Made by a program: the position numbers and the translations under genes. From Rhina ancylostomus (taxonomy: Eukaryota), in NCBI GenBank assembly GCA_030265395.1, contig JARFYF010000104.1, positions 79,560,013 through 79,624,012 of the forward strand: a stretch of DNA of 64,000 nucleotides, in the 5' to 3' direction. The notes beneath the pieces were generated by a model. The model was not told where the DNA came from and ran no database searches. It saw only the letters and a program-made list of their open reading frames with translations. Of this stretch, positions 38,504-52,423 are shown piece by piece. Each line of letters opens with the position of its first letter. Positions within the stretch are counted from its first letter, which is position 1.

Positions 38504-40759
38504 NNNNNNNNNNNNNNNNNNNNNNNNNNNNNNNNNNNNNNNNNNNNNNNNNNNNNNNNNNNNNNNNNNNNNNNNNNNNNNNNNNNNNNNNNNNNNNNNN
38601 NNNTAGGAAGAATGTTGATGTTGAGAAATGAATCATTGTAACCAAGATTTGAATTTCAACATCTGAATGAAATTTTAAATCTTGTTAGCCCTTGTACTCA
38701 GCCACCCAATGCCAGTATCAACTATTCTCAAGTCAGATATAGCTGCAGAGTTGAACTCCCTTTGCCCTATGCTTTACTTCAACTGTATCGCAGTAACCCC
38801 TAATGCATTGAGCTATATTTTTCACTTTCTGTGCTAAGGCTTCTCTAAGATTGCCAGTTTAATGCTGAATTAGAATATTTTTCTTTTGCTGTTGCCCAAA
38901 ACCAGTGAGAAATAATGCATAAGCATCCACAGAGAAAATTATAATACATTCCTCTTGATTCTGAGAATAAGGATCAAGAATCTTGATTAATTGTATATTA
39001 AGTAAAAATACTTTTATAATAAGTCATAACAGGATTTTTACACTTTACAAGATTTTACAATACTAACCCCTGAAGTGTAAAGAGATTTTCTTCTCTTTGA
39101 CTTCTCAGATTGCCAGTTCATATCAATTAATTATTAATTTTACATGATGCACAGTGCCTAACTGGAAAATCAAGTTTCTCTCTACCCCAGCGTGGGCAGA
39201 TAGCTAAGTTAATTAATGTTCAGATTCAGTCAGCAGAATCAGGAATTGCAAATTTAATTTCACTAAATAATTTGTAACCTGTAAACTCTGGAGATCAATG
39301 CTGTTTCTCCACTTTGATTCTCTCACTAATTCTCTATCCTCCAGTTCATATTAATTCCCAGACCTTGTTAATTATTTTGCAGCTATTTAGCCATTTAAAA
39401 AAAATGTAATTCCATTGCAGGGTCCATTACCAGTATGACCCTGCCTCTGCCAGAAACCCTCAGCAGATTAAGGGCTCTGACTGGAGCCCATTCATTTTCA
39501 GTCCAAGTCTAATTACTGCAGTCTGCCTTCTAACAGGTACCTCTGCTATCTTGCATTTGAGTTCTGTGGTTGCTTCAGAGGACAAATACAAAAGATTAAT
39601 TGTTTGCTTTGTTTCATCTCTGGAGAACCGAAGGCGCTTAATCAAGAAAAATAATTCCTTCCAGTGTTGACGTGGTGACTTGACCAGACTATAATTGCAG
39701 AAAGCAGAAGTACTGAGGTGCATTTCGTAAGTGTAATTTCTTTTTAGCTGGATTGTATCTTCAATACATGTGAAACAAATTTTAAAAAAATTTTGGAAAA
39801 TTGATGAGTCTATTAACATTTCTCTCAGCAAGTAATCTGGTTGTTGGATGTTTTTAAATTCTGATTGATAATGTTGGGCTGTACTGTCATTTGTAATGTC
39901 TGATAGTTCACAAATCCAATCAAGGAGACAATAGTAAAAAGCATCTCCAAATTGTTCTTAATTGCAAGAGCACAGGCAGTGGTAAATGCTGCGATACCTC
40001 CAATTAAAAAGAACCTCCTTTCTACTGAGAGCCATTAGTCCACATTTCACTGATCTGATAAGCAAGTCATCAAATGGTGAAACAGATTAATTGCATTCAA
40101 TTAATTGTAGAATAACTGAAGGTCAAACAGAGCTTAACAATAACAAATGCAAATAGAATAGTAACTGCACAATGAACTCTAAACTTGATTGAGTCGAGTA
40201 CATATAGAATAATGAGTGGCCATGGTGGAGTCACAGAGGTTTAATAGCGCACGTGTGTTGATTCTACTAATAGTTTGGTTAGCTGCTGCTAGAAATACAT
40301 TACAGAATCACATAGAACGTGCAGCTGATGAAAAGGGCACGGTCCAACTGGCTTGCTGGTTATAGTGTTATAAAAACTCAACCATATTTCACAAAAAAAA
40401 CTAATGTAGGCTGAAATGATAAGTCAAATCAATATACAAGAANNNNNNNNNNNNNNNNNNNNNNNNNNNNNNNNNNNNNNNNNNNNNNNNNNNNNNNNNN
40501 NNNNNNNNNNNNNNNNNNNNNNNNNNNNNNNNNNNNNNNNNNAAATCAATATACAAGAAAAACAAATAAGGATATTTTAAGCCTTTCTGCTACGCGTTAT
40601 TCTGCCTACCTTACTGACTTCGCTGTCCACCTCACTTCTGACCAGCTGATCAAACACTGAAAAATATAGAAAGTTATTTTGTTTTTAAGCTTTTGTAAAA
40701 TTTAAGCTGCACTAAAAAATTTCCAATTTTATAAATTGAAATTAGATTCACTACTGTTA

Positions 40760-42060
40760 AGGACATGAGAAACAGGAAGAGAAGGTCAATTGGCCCCTTG
40801 AGTCTGCTCTGCCATTCAATAAGATTGTGACCAATCCAATCTTAGCCTCTATACTACTTTTCCCACTCTCTCCCCATACCTGTTAGTTCCCTTGTTTAAA
40901 ATGTCTTCTAATCTCCACCTTGAATATTTTCAACGACCCTGCCTCTGTGGTTCCCTATGCTAAAGAATTTCAAAAACTCGTGACCATCTGTGAATAGAAA
41001 TTCCTTGTCATCTTAGAGGCAGCTTCATATTCTGAAACTAACATCCCTTAGTCCTAGTTCCCACCAGGGAGGACACAATTATATAAATAGACCACCAGGC
41101 CTCTCAAGCCTGCCCTGGCGTTCAATATGATCATTGCTGATCTTTGCTAGCTTTAACTCTTCCTCTGTGCCAGTTCCCCATAACTCTCAATTCCTCAATA
41201 TTTCAAATATTTATCCATCTCCACTTTATGTACATCTAATGATCTAACCTGCACCCACCCTTGAGAGCCAAGAATTCCAGAGATTCACTACCCTCTGAGA
41301 GAAGGAACTCCTACACGTGTCAGTTTTGAATGACCAGTCCTTTATTTTGCAGTTATGTTCCCTTATTTGTGACTCTCCCACCAGTGAAGACACTGGAACA
41401 TCTACCCTGCCAAGTCCTCACATTCTTCTAAACTCCAAGGAATATAGACCAAAACTGGTTCGCATTTCTTGATAGGACAATCCTCTCATCCCAGAACATG
41501 GTGAACCTCCTCTGAACTGCCTCCAATGCTACCATATCCTTTTTTNNNNNNNNNNTCCTCTCAGCATTCACCTTGTCCATCCCCCTCAAATTGTTTTAAA
41601 TGTTTCAATAAGGTCACCTCTCATTCTTCTAAAATTCAATGAGTGTAGGCTCAACCTTTCTTCATGTGTCAACCTCTTCATCCTGAAATCAATCTAGGGA
41701 ACCCTCTCTGCACTGTCTCCAATGCAAGTATATCATTCCCTAAATAAAGAAATCAAAGTAGTATGAAATACTTCAAATGTTTTCTCACCAATGCCCTGTG
41801 AAGTTATATCAAAATAGCCCTACTTTTATGTGCAATACTCCTTGCAATAAGATCCAACATCCTATTACTTTTCCTAATTGCTTTCAGCAACTGCATGCTA
41901 ACTTTGTGAAGTATATGCATGAGAAGTCCAGATCCCTCTGTGCCACAACATTTCGAAGTTTCATGCCACTTAAGTAATAATTTGCTTTATTATTCTTTCT
42001 TCCAAAGTGAAAACCTCACATTTTCACACAGTATATTCCATTTGCCAACTTCTTGCCCAC
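40760..42060 (-). mobile_element. Two nested CR1-type LINE fragments
   Basis: Two 3' tails (~40765 and ~41080). The outer element resumes at ~41540 with 'aggtcacctctcattcttcta' (reverse of RRMRGDL coding). Confidence 0.75.
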
Positions 42061-43124
42061 CAGGTTATCCCAGCCATTTTCCCTTTGGTTCTGTGTTTTT
42101 CCCCACAAATTCCATCCCACCTTTCTTGTCCGAATAACCTAACTCACTTATTATGTCTTTTAGTTCACATCTGTAAATGAATGACCAAAGTAATTGCAGA
42201 ACACATGCCTGAAATGTACATTAATTTGATCAAAAAACGTTTACAGGAATAAAGATTATGAAGACAAAAATGGGTTAGCACCTTGGGGAAATTACAATTC
42301 ATGATAGACCAGGGCTATTGTTTCCAAGGCAGGCAGTGTACCTGCACCAGAGCTAAAACCACTTAATTTACAGCACAATTCAGCAGGGTGCCAATATCAT
42401 GAGTCTATCATACCTGAAAACTGGCCTGTACTTCTTAATGTGAGCTGCACTGTGACAGGAACAAATACTGTAAAGCATTCTATAACCCAGTCTACTTGAA
42501 GCATTGTAACATTAAATTACGTAGGGAGCTCAAGATTTCCTGACGTAGCACTGAAGTACTTGGTGAAGGAGTTAAGAGCGAAGACCAGCAAGACAGTCAA
42601 ATCTTGCAATGGCAGTGGATACAGTGAGATGGAGCAGTCAGCACTATGAGTCAAGTATTGAATATTAGGATGCGCTGCCCTCAAGGCATCTTCAAATGCC
42701 AAACCCCACCAAGAACATCAACATCAGGAAGTATTCAATGCACCATTCTCCCATCACACACCTGACAATTTCCACCCCTCAGGACTCTTGCCCAACATTC
42801 AGAAGTTCACTTCACTCTCACAAACTTGGCACGGATGCAAGCCTAATACCCACATCCTTCACTTTTCACATACTGATTTCTGTGGCGATCAGATTCAGGT
42901 GGCACAACCTGGCATCGTGGCACCAAGCACATAATGTAGCACTTACTGATACATTTTCTTCTCTCTTGGAATGACAAAGTGGCACATACCACACACACAT
43001 GACTGGTGGGGCCAAGCATGACTAAATTACTAAATCCCGGTGGAAGATATTATAACATAGTCATTAGAGAGGATATTATGAATCCATGGCCAAGGGTGAT
43101 GCTGAAAACACACAGGACACACAA

Positions 43125-43297
43125 GATATTCTCCAGATGCTGGAATCTGGAGCAAAACACATAAAATGCTGGAGGAACTCAGCAGGTTAGGCAGCATCTA
43201 TGGAGAGAAATAAACAGTTGACCAGTCCTGATGAAGGGTCTCGAACCGAAATGTAGATTGTTTGTTTCCCTCCATAGATGCTGCCTGACCTGCTGAG
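43125..43297. mobile_element. Penelope-type fold-back element with hammerhead-like core
   Basis: Inverted arms 43178-43217 and 43258-43297 enclose CAGTC-CTGATGA-AGGGTCTCGAACC-GAAA-TGTA-GATTG. Confidence 0.75.
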
Positions 43298-44609
43298 GAT
43301 GATGCTATGCTCAAATCTGATCTTCCTCCTTCTCACATTTCACTTCCTTCTCAGCTCAAATGCTGAGTCTGTGTGGCAGCTAGAAGTTAATCGGAGGCAG
43401 GATCTCCACTGTAAGCCACCGTCATGACCAATGAGATGTCACTTCAACTGCTCCTGACCGCCCTTGTGGAGCAGCGGAGAGCAAACCATAAGTTATGGCA
43501 ACAATTTCCAGCTGTTGCCTAGAAGGAACACATAACAAACGAGTTGATGGTAATGGTGACCCTGAAACTCCAGGCAATGTACTCTTTATCCTGCACTGTT
43601 GGAGGTGAGGCAGGTACGATGTGCTTATTAACTGCAAGAGTTTTACATACTGTTACTGACTGGGGTTTAGGCTGGAGAATTAGGACACAAAGTCCCTGGA
43701 TGGAAATGAACCCCTCTCCTCTTCCTCTGATCCTCCCTCTTCTGACTCTCCATTCTGCTCCTTTATCTAGAGATATTGCACTCCAAGGATAATGCCTACT
43801 TATGCCCCATTACTGGAAGCAATTAGTTCATCCAGATGTCTTAATCAGGAAAAAGAACTTCAAGAACAGACATGCCATTTCTTATAAACAGTAGCATCTT
43901 TAAAGAACTCTAGAAGGCACTAAGTACTGTACTTACAGAGCCACAGTTAAAGTAGTAAATAAAACAAGCAATGACATGGAAAGTGGTTGATGATCCTTTT
44001 AAATACAGTGTGAGAAAAGTCACACCTACCTTTCAATGATTGTTCAACCACACAAGGTTGAGAGAGCATAAAATATTTTTTTATTATCTGGCTCCATAGA
44101 CTTTGCTGTATCCAGTGCCATCAGCAATTCCTAGATATCTCATGGAGTGAATCAAATTGGCTGAAGATTTTTTAATGTTGTGGTGGTAGGATCTCAGAAG
44201 GAAACATAGATAGCTCACATCCTTAGCAATAAGGCATCTGGAGCTACACTTACCTCAAGCAGTGGACATTGCTACAGAACCACAGTGGTACCTGTAATGC
44301 CCCCAAGCCCTATGCCAGAGTCACAATTTGTGGGCTCACATCCTTGTGCTATTACTTATACCTTTCTCCTTCACTTCCCTCACCTGTTCCCCACTCTGTA
44401 TTCCTTTGATTGTGACTTTACCACCTTCTTTCCTGCTTGGTCGGTGATACAGCAGGACAAGGAATGTAGGTGCCATGTTTTGGGGCAATGGAGACTGATG
44501 GCTCTCAGTTGTTCAGTTTCCACTCCTTCCATATAAACTTGTGCGATTCCACACCGCAGCACAACTTTACCTCATTTTCTTTTGTCAGTTATGTTTCAGC
44601 TGCTAATGT

Positions 44610-44820
44610 TCTTATCTCTGAGTCAGAATCATCACGGTCCATGTCCCAATCTAGGAACTCCACGCACCCAGTACTATTCTGAGGGAGTGCTGCACCTTCG
44701 GAAGTGCAGTCTGTCAGATGAGATGTTAAACCAAGCCCCCATTTGCTCCTTCAGCTGGTCATAAAGATATCATTACACCACTTCAAATACAAGTGGAATT
44801 GTGTTGAGTGCAAATTGGTT
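44610..44820 (+). mobile_element. Deu-domain SINE (SacSINE1/AmnSINE1-related)
   Basis: 'ctgagggagtgctgcacc...gtctgtcagatgagatgttaaaccaagcccc' matches the recalled Deu domain. Confidence 0.7.
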
Positions 44821-45059
44821 GCTATTTAGATAAAAATGCTCTCGTTCTTCCATTCCACATCTTTCTTTATGAATACCAATGATTACGATCACAGCAGATG
44901 TGAGAAATCACCAATTAACTCCTCACAAAACAGGTGAATAATTTAGTTCGTTAAAATGATCGATCTATCCCTGCCTCTGATACCAAGTACTAGTTTTACC
45001 TGCCAGTTTATTGCACTTTGCTATTCACTGAATGCTAAACAAACTTGCATATACAATGA

Positions 45060-45320
45060 AACACATAGGATTCTGAGAGAGATTGATAAGGTGGATGTTG
45101 AGCAGATGTTTCCTCTAGTGGACTTATTCTAAAACTGGGGAAGACAGCTTCAGAATATGGAGTTGCCCATTTAAGATGGAGATAATGAGAAATTTCCACT
45201 CTCAGGGGGCTGTGAATCTTTGAAATTCTTTAATCAAAGAAAGCTGAGGAGGTGGAGTTATTGAAAATATTCAAGGAGCAGACTGACATACACTTGAACT
45301 GCAAGGAAGTCAAAGGGTAT
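45060..45320 (+). mobile_element. CR1 3' fragment
   Basis: 'gataaggtggatgttgagcagatgtttcct...cccatttaagatggagataatgagaaatttc'. Confidence 0.75.
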
Positions 45321-48300
45321 GGGGGTGGCAGAGGGGTTAGTGGGAACACCGGAAAGTGGTGATGGTGCCAAGAATGGAGCAATGATCAGGCATCCACTAG
45401 ACTCCCATGAGGCATGCAAATTTAGTGGCATGTAGAATCTCGTCAATGCACTAATGATGTAAGATGCCACTTTGGACAATCATTCTTAATGATGGAGGCA
45501 TAAAAACTACTTTCTACTGTTGTCCTATGATATAAATGATTTCATATGCAGTTTTCTCAGACTACACTGCTTGTTCTTTGACAGTTCTGTCCACCTTTGT
45601 CTTGTTCATATTTCAGCTGTGACTTGTATTTTTAATGAAACATTGAAATTACCTAAACAAATCTTGAAATTGGTCTCTTGATAAACACATCACTTACAAA
45701 ACTTTATGTGCAAATTTAGATGTTTGTAATTTTCATTAATTGTCAGTTTGTTTGCCATAGACTTGCATAGTCATTGACCTTGCAGTTTGCTTGTTGGTAT
45801 AGTGATACTAAAAGGCGCTTAAATAATTGTGTAACAAGATGCACAGAAAAAAGTAAACATGATAAACTAAATTCTAGTTGATTTGATTATTTTTTGAAAA
45901 GTGAACCGATTAGGAAGTTTGAAAATAGAGAAAGTATGTCATAATAGACACAAAACTGTCCTAAAATAATGTTTCTAATTATGCAAGGGAAATGTTATAA
46001 CTAGTAAAGCAGTTAAAAGGAGGTGCAGATAAAACTCTTTGCATTTCCATACAATGAAGGACTCAACAAAACCTTAAGAAGTTTTCCATATGTGGAGAGA
46101 TCATCAAACAGCTAGCAGCATGAAAAATGAGATACTGCTACATTTACAGAATGATTTGCATACTTTTTAATCTGAAATCAGTTTTAAATAATTGATGCAA
46201 AGATACTGACCACAACAAAAAGATGGAGATATATCCATTCCAAATACCTACTCATAATAAAAAGTACATATGAGGTACTCGGTTGTGTTAGCAGATGAAT
46301 GCACAGTACAAATCAATAATCCTGCTGTTAAAGTAGTTTAATCATATGGCATCTGGAGTACTGTATAGACTGCAAATAATAAGGAAATCACTGTCCTTGA
46401 GAAGGTACAAANNNNNNNNNNNNNNNNNNNNNNNNNNNNNNNNNNNNNNNNNNNNNNNNNNNNNNNNNNNNNNNNNNNNNNNNNNNNNNNNNNNNNNNNN
46501 NNNNNNNNNNNAGGCAAGCAAAATTAGTCACAGAGTCATAGTTATACAGCATGGAAACAGGCCCTTCATGTTGGCCAAGGTACCTTCCTGAGCAAGTCCT
46601 AATTACCTGCACTTGACCCATATCCCTCTAAACCTTTCCTATTAATGAACCTGTCCAGTTGCTTTTTAATTTTTAAATTGGACTGGTGTTTAAAAAAAAA
46701 TAAAATTGTTCCAGATTATAAAAGAGATTGACAAAGCTCATGAAAAAATTTGACCTTTCACTACAGGGCACGACAACCTCAATCTCCAGCCCCTTGCCCT
46801 GACCCATCAACTCCCCACACTCTAAGGTCCTCAGCAGCCAATCATAACACAATCCCCACAAATACTGACCGTACCAGATCCCACAAGTTGTCAATATCCC
46901 CAATTGCTGCCCTGTCCCTCACCACCCCATGTCACTGGAACCAGCACGATCTCTGGCATTGCCACCTTCAGTTTCATGTGCTGTTGAATATTGTAGTGAC
47001 AGATACTTAAACAAAATCTTCACTGGCCTTCTTAATGGGAAGACTGAATAGTCAATATTTTTATTTTGGGAAAAGGGGCTGAAAGAGAGCAGTGAGTGAG
47101 TTTCAGATATGATCAAAATACAATGTCACTTTTAGATCTAATGGCTTTATACCATTGGTGTTTTTGGTCCACATTAGCCCTCACTTTCTATGGTGTCATC
47201 CCTTCTCAATTTCTTAAGCACACTAGCCTAACCACATAATTCTGCACATACCCCCTAAATTTCCAAGTCTGTAAGATTTCTGAACATACTTGCGGCAAAT
47301 TCTTCATTTCATCACTACTGTTACATGTGCCTTCTTCTCCCAATGTTCAAACACCTTCCCTTGTTTGAAATAGAACTCCCAGTACAGCCAAATTAAAATT
47401 AATTAAATTAGATTTAAATTTCTGTTTTCTGGAGTACCTTCCAGTACCTTATGACACCAAAATCTTCGAATAGGTGATCAAAACTTTAAAAAAGTTGCTT
47501 CTTTTGCTGATTAAGGAGGGTATCTGCATGAAAATCTCTTAGAATGGAAGCACAATTGCAACTTGGATGCAAGGTTCTCCTATTTGTTCACCCACCACAC
47601 AATGCTCTGCAACCCCGTGGTCTACCAAACCTGCTTCCTTCAGAGTCCCATCTATTTTGCTACGATCTTCAATGCTTCCACTGCACCCCCCATAAACTAT
47701 CTGCTATAACCCTTTCTACTTCCCCTAGATTACCTTTTATTTCCATTAACAGTCCTTTTACCTTACATCATCACATTTTCCATTTCATAATTGCTGCCTT
47801 CCCTTTGCTTCTCCCTCTGTCCAGCCCCACCCAAACATTCCCTTATTCCTGGCTTTAAAAACTGGTAATTAATAATATTTTTAATGTAATAACAAGATGA
47901 TTGATTTGAAACATTGATCATTTCTTACGTTACAGATGTTGCGTGATCTGCTAAGTGTTTTACAGCATGTTCAGGCGTCTCACATTGCTTCTGCTTATTC
48001 TGGATGGAGTCAGAGCAACACAATAAACAGCAGTACTGATCTGTAATCTCAAGGTTTTGCACACCCAGCAAGAACTTTCCTAAATTTTCCTCCACCTTCA
48101 GTCTCACACCAATTTTAATTTAAAGTTGATAACATAAGGAGATAAACATGTGAAAAATGATTGTGATAAAGGGGGCCAGTCTGAACGACCAGAGCATGCA
48201 GGGAGTGTGTAGATTTCACAAGGTTTGCCTGCCATTGAAAACTGGTCCAATTCTCTCTGTTTTCTTGTCAGCCTTGGCCACAAAGTATTAAGTCTGGGTG

Positions 48301-51269
48301 GTTTTATTAATATACCAATTGAGAAATGGTAAACAACTGTGGATTAATTCTTGACAAGCTTAAATTGGGTGTATTAAGTATGGATTTAATTTGCCACCAT
48401 GTAAAAATACTGGCACAGCTGTGGAGAAGTGTGGGACCATACGATTCAACTTTCTCAGTTAGAGAGTAACATAGGAATGGAATCAAATAAAATACGGATG
48501 AAATGAAAATATCATCTAAATAAAATCAGAAATAATGTGTTCAACATTCAGTATTGTGCAAAATGAGCCAAGAGATACCTCCTGAAAAATAATTGTATTA
48601 GCTTGAAGCATCTGAAATATTCAGTAATCTTAGCCAAGAATAATAGTTGTTCTTGAAACATATTTGTTGCAAATTACTAAAATTACTGAACCTCTTGTGG
48701 ATTGCTTTACATAATTACACATCAGATCTGTTGGATCTGATTTAACGCAAGCAAATTCTGTCAAAAGAAACAAATTTGACACACATTGGAATAGCTTATT
48801 TTGCAATGAGACACATTTTGAAATGTCTTATTCCCTTGAAAGATAAAATTTGCTTGGGAAGATAACAATATAGATTTCCAAAATAAAAGTAAGTGATTTA
48901 GAATCGTAGTTCTACAATAACAGATATGAATGGGAATGAGGAATCTCTCCAACAATTTTGCTTTATATGTATCAAAAAATGGATTACAGTCAATACAGCA
49001 CAGGTAAAGCAAGCCATCTAACTCATAAATCTGTGAATTCAGCAATGTGTTATATATAAAATGATTGCTGAGCTGGGGGTTCAGAGGCTATTTTTCAAAA
49101 CTATGTCACTTTCAAAAAAAATATATGATTTTACCACCATGCATGACAGGTAAAGAAAGATGTGTCTGGAGATGAAAGAACTGAAGTAGTTCCTACCACC
49201 TGCACTTCTGAATTCAAATTAAAAAACACTATGACAATTGAATGGAGAGTTTTGCCACTGGAGGGAAAATTGCTGGGGTTCACTTAGGCCATTACCAAAA
49301 GCCAGAAGACACAATGGGATCTGAAACCAGCAGATAGAAACAATGATGGATTTAAGTTATTAGCACAAAGGAAAATGATGGATGGTATTCTGCTTTTCTT
49401 AATCTACATCATCATCTAGATCTACCTAAAGATACTTTTGGTACTAATAAACTTAGTTAATGCCCAGATAAAATCAGAGTAATCCGACTGTAGGCTGCAT
49501 CCATATCGATCAATAAAATCACTTGTACCACGGAAAGCACAGTTACTTGCTGACAGTACCAGTCATTAATATTGTTTAACAGCACTAAGTCGACAATCAG
49601 AGGAAGAGCGATTTTAAGCACTTTTCGCCTTTCAACACTTTTGTCTTTGTAATAGGTTTGTAAATACTATGGTAATGACTTCAATTTACAATGATTACTG
49701 TTGAATTAGAGGTAATTACTATCTACAAAGTATTTTTGAGTGTTAAAAATGTGGTTTTAGACATTGCTTTAAATTGAAACTTTAGTTGGATTCAAGAACT
49801 TAGTAAATCAAACTTCCAGAAATATTTAATCACACCATTTATTTTCATGCATTATTTTTGCAATTTCGTGATGAAAATACATAATCAATTAAAATGTTTT
49901 ATTTAAAATACTAAAAACACTGTTTTCAGTCATGCTATTTCCTCTTCGAATTGCTACAGAAAAGAACAGTAATCAAGTTTTTGATCTTCTGAATATATAA
50001 GTATACACCTGCCAGTTCTCAGAATTATGTGATCAAAACAGTTACTAGCAAGGATTCAAGAGTGTTATTTAATGTCTTTTCTCATTCCTATATTCCCACC
50101 ACAAAAGAAAACATATTGGACCAAAATGTTCTGGTTCTGGCTTGCCGGTTCCAAAGGGAACTGCCAGCATACGGCCATTCACACTGAATTACATCCCAGA
50201 CTTATGTCGACCAGTGCAAGTCCAGGACTTATTGAGTGGCAGATGCTACCACACCTGTCATTTCCCTCCTTTATTTGACTCTCCGGAATTCCCTAACATT
50301 ACTCAGATCCTGCATTTGGTCACACCTGGCAAAGGATTGGTGGCCTCTTTCATTTAAATGGGGATTCTTGCTGATTTTGTTTAAAATGAGGCTATTGTTC
50401 TAAGGCACTTTATTTAAAAAATAATTTAAAACTTGCAAAAACTTAATTGTACTCATAGGCTTGACGAAAGGTAAAACTTTGCCTGTAAGTTTGCCTCTGC
50501 CCCATTGCTGCCATATCTCACACTCGTTTGATGAAAGCACATTTCAAATGAAGCCTTATGCCATTAAAATATCTTTTACATAATCAGCAAATTATATATT
50601 TTAAATGAACCAAACTGGTATATGGCAAGGCTGACACACAGGGTAGTCAACAGAGTAGCAACTAACTTCTAACATTTTCTGGTTTACCCATGGCCTCGCC
50701 CGTTCCTACATTTGTTGTCTCCTACAAGCTCAGATCTTTATCTCCTCTAGTTCAGACCTGTTGCACACTGCTGATTTTATTTGCTCCACCACTGGCGGTA
50801 ATACCTCCAGCTGTCTGCTCAACCTCAGGAATGCCTTTCCAAATCCTCCCTGCCATTCCTTTTCCCTTAGCACACCCCTTAAACCCCCCCCCCCAATTAC
50901 CCTAATTTACTCAGGGTAATTTTGTTGACTATGCACTTATGAAACACTTTGGAGCCTTTTATGTTAAAAATGCTCCATAAAATGCAAGTTGTTGCTACGC
51001 TGCACACCCTTTGTACCAGAAATAGTTCCTTAAAAGACCTCTTTTAAAAGACCTCTTCTGCAATATAGCAGAAGTGGAAAAAAGCAAAATGACTAATATA
51101 AACAGTTACACAGGACCTTCAAAAAAATAGAGAGATGAGAATAGCATTTCTATAGGATATTGCCATGGGATAATTATTGAAAATATTGCCAGTAAGAAGG
51201 TAAATCTCTCTCAGTATTTTATGTTGGTACAGCAGCAGGGCCATACAGGGTTTCATTCAGGGTTTGGTA

Positions 51270-51630
51270 GCAGAGTGGTTGTTACTTGACCAGTGTTCTG
51301 AGGCTGGAATCATCAATCTGGAGAACAGTTTGAATCCCATTATTACAACTGGGGAACTGAAATTCACATAATGAATCTGGAAAGAAAGCACTGCTGTCAG
51401 TAATAATCACCACCGGAAACTACCTGATTATCATAGAAAATTAACTGATTCACCGATATCATTACTTCAGGGAAGGTCTCCTATTCATAGCTGGTATGAC
51501 CCTCACGTGATATCAGAAACACCAATGTGGTTGACTGTCCATTACCTCAAGTCAGGGATAATTAATGATGGACAATGAATGCTGATGTTGTCAGTAATGT
51601 ACACATTTTGCAAACAAATTTTTAAAAAAT
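51270..51630 (+). mobile_element. Old SINE sharing its body with 8405-8470 and the common 3' tail
   Basis: tRNA-like head 'gcagagtggtt...tttgaatccca'; 'accaatgtggttgact' is shared with 8426-8442. Confidence 0.5.
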
Positions 51631-52194
51631 AGGTTAACTTTTTACTCAATTCCTAATTCTTTTATAGGTCCCAGTTAAAGCTTTTAGTCAATTATTTTAC
51701 AATTCAGCTTCATCACAGCAGTCAGTTTATTAGTATAAAATAAATATAGGTCATCCAGGAGATATTTTATCATTTTGGGCATTATTAAAGAAGCAGGAGC
51801 TGCCATTCTCTTTTGCAGTGCAAGTCATCCAGAATTTTTCTTGGATGACTTCATTACTTAGCCAGCCAAAGATCTGCATATCAGACAAACTATACTTTTT
51901 TTTAGATAAATCATGATAACACCAACCATGGACAATTAAATAGTGAAACATTTTTATGGCAACATACTGACTTGAATAACAGTATGAAACAATATAGAGT
52001 CCATTAATAAAAAGAGAGCTTTACATTCACTAGTGTACTTCTGACTGTTCTCAGATGGGACTACCATTCTGATCATAGGTACCTTACATCTCTGAATATA
52101 TATACCTTCACATCTGAATCATTTATATTTCAATGGATTATTATTTTTTGTTTTAAATTTTTAAATTTTAAGTTAATTTTTTTAATTTAAATTT

Positions 52195-52423
52195 TACTTA
52201 CAGCATGGTAACAGGCCCTTCTGGCCCAACGAGTCTGCACCACCCATTTTAAGCCCCACATTAACCTACCCGTATGTCTTTAGAATGTGGGAGGAAACCA
52301 GAGCACCCGGAGNNNNNNNNNNGGGAGAACGTACAAACTCCTCACAGACAGTGACGGGAATTGAACACCGATTGCTGGTGTTGTAATAGCATTGCGCTAA
52401 CTGTTATGCTACCATGCCGCCCC
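52195..52423 (-). mobile_element. V-SINE, near full length
   Basis: Reverse complement starts GGGCGGCATGGTAGCATAACAGTTAGC (tRNA-derived head), has B-box-like GTTCAATTCC and the V-domain core. Confidence 0.85.

Noticed and set aside
39460-39831. 123-aa minus ORF and several plus-strand acceptors at 39100-39750 as the next exon of the nested gene
   Set aside because: No recognisable protein; the phase-0 continuations all stop within a few tens of codons and none could be favoured.
38973-50922. Short hairpins/palindromes (atcaagaatcttgat ~38973; gcagggtc...gaccctgc ~39417; atcagatc...gatctgat ~48721; aattaccct...agggtaatt ~50895)
   Set aside because: Stems of 7-9 bp are expected by chance in 64 kb and have no supporting context.
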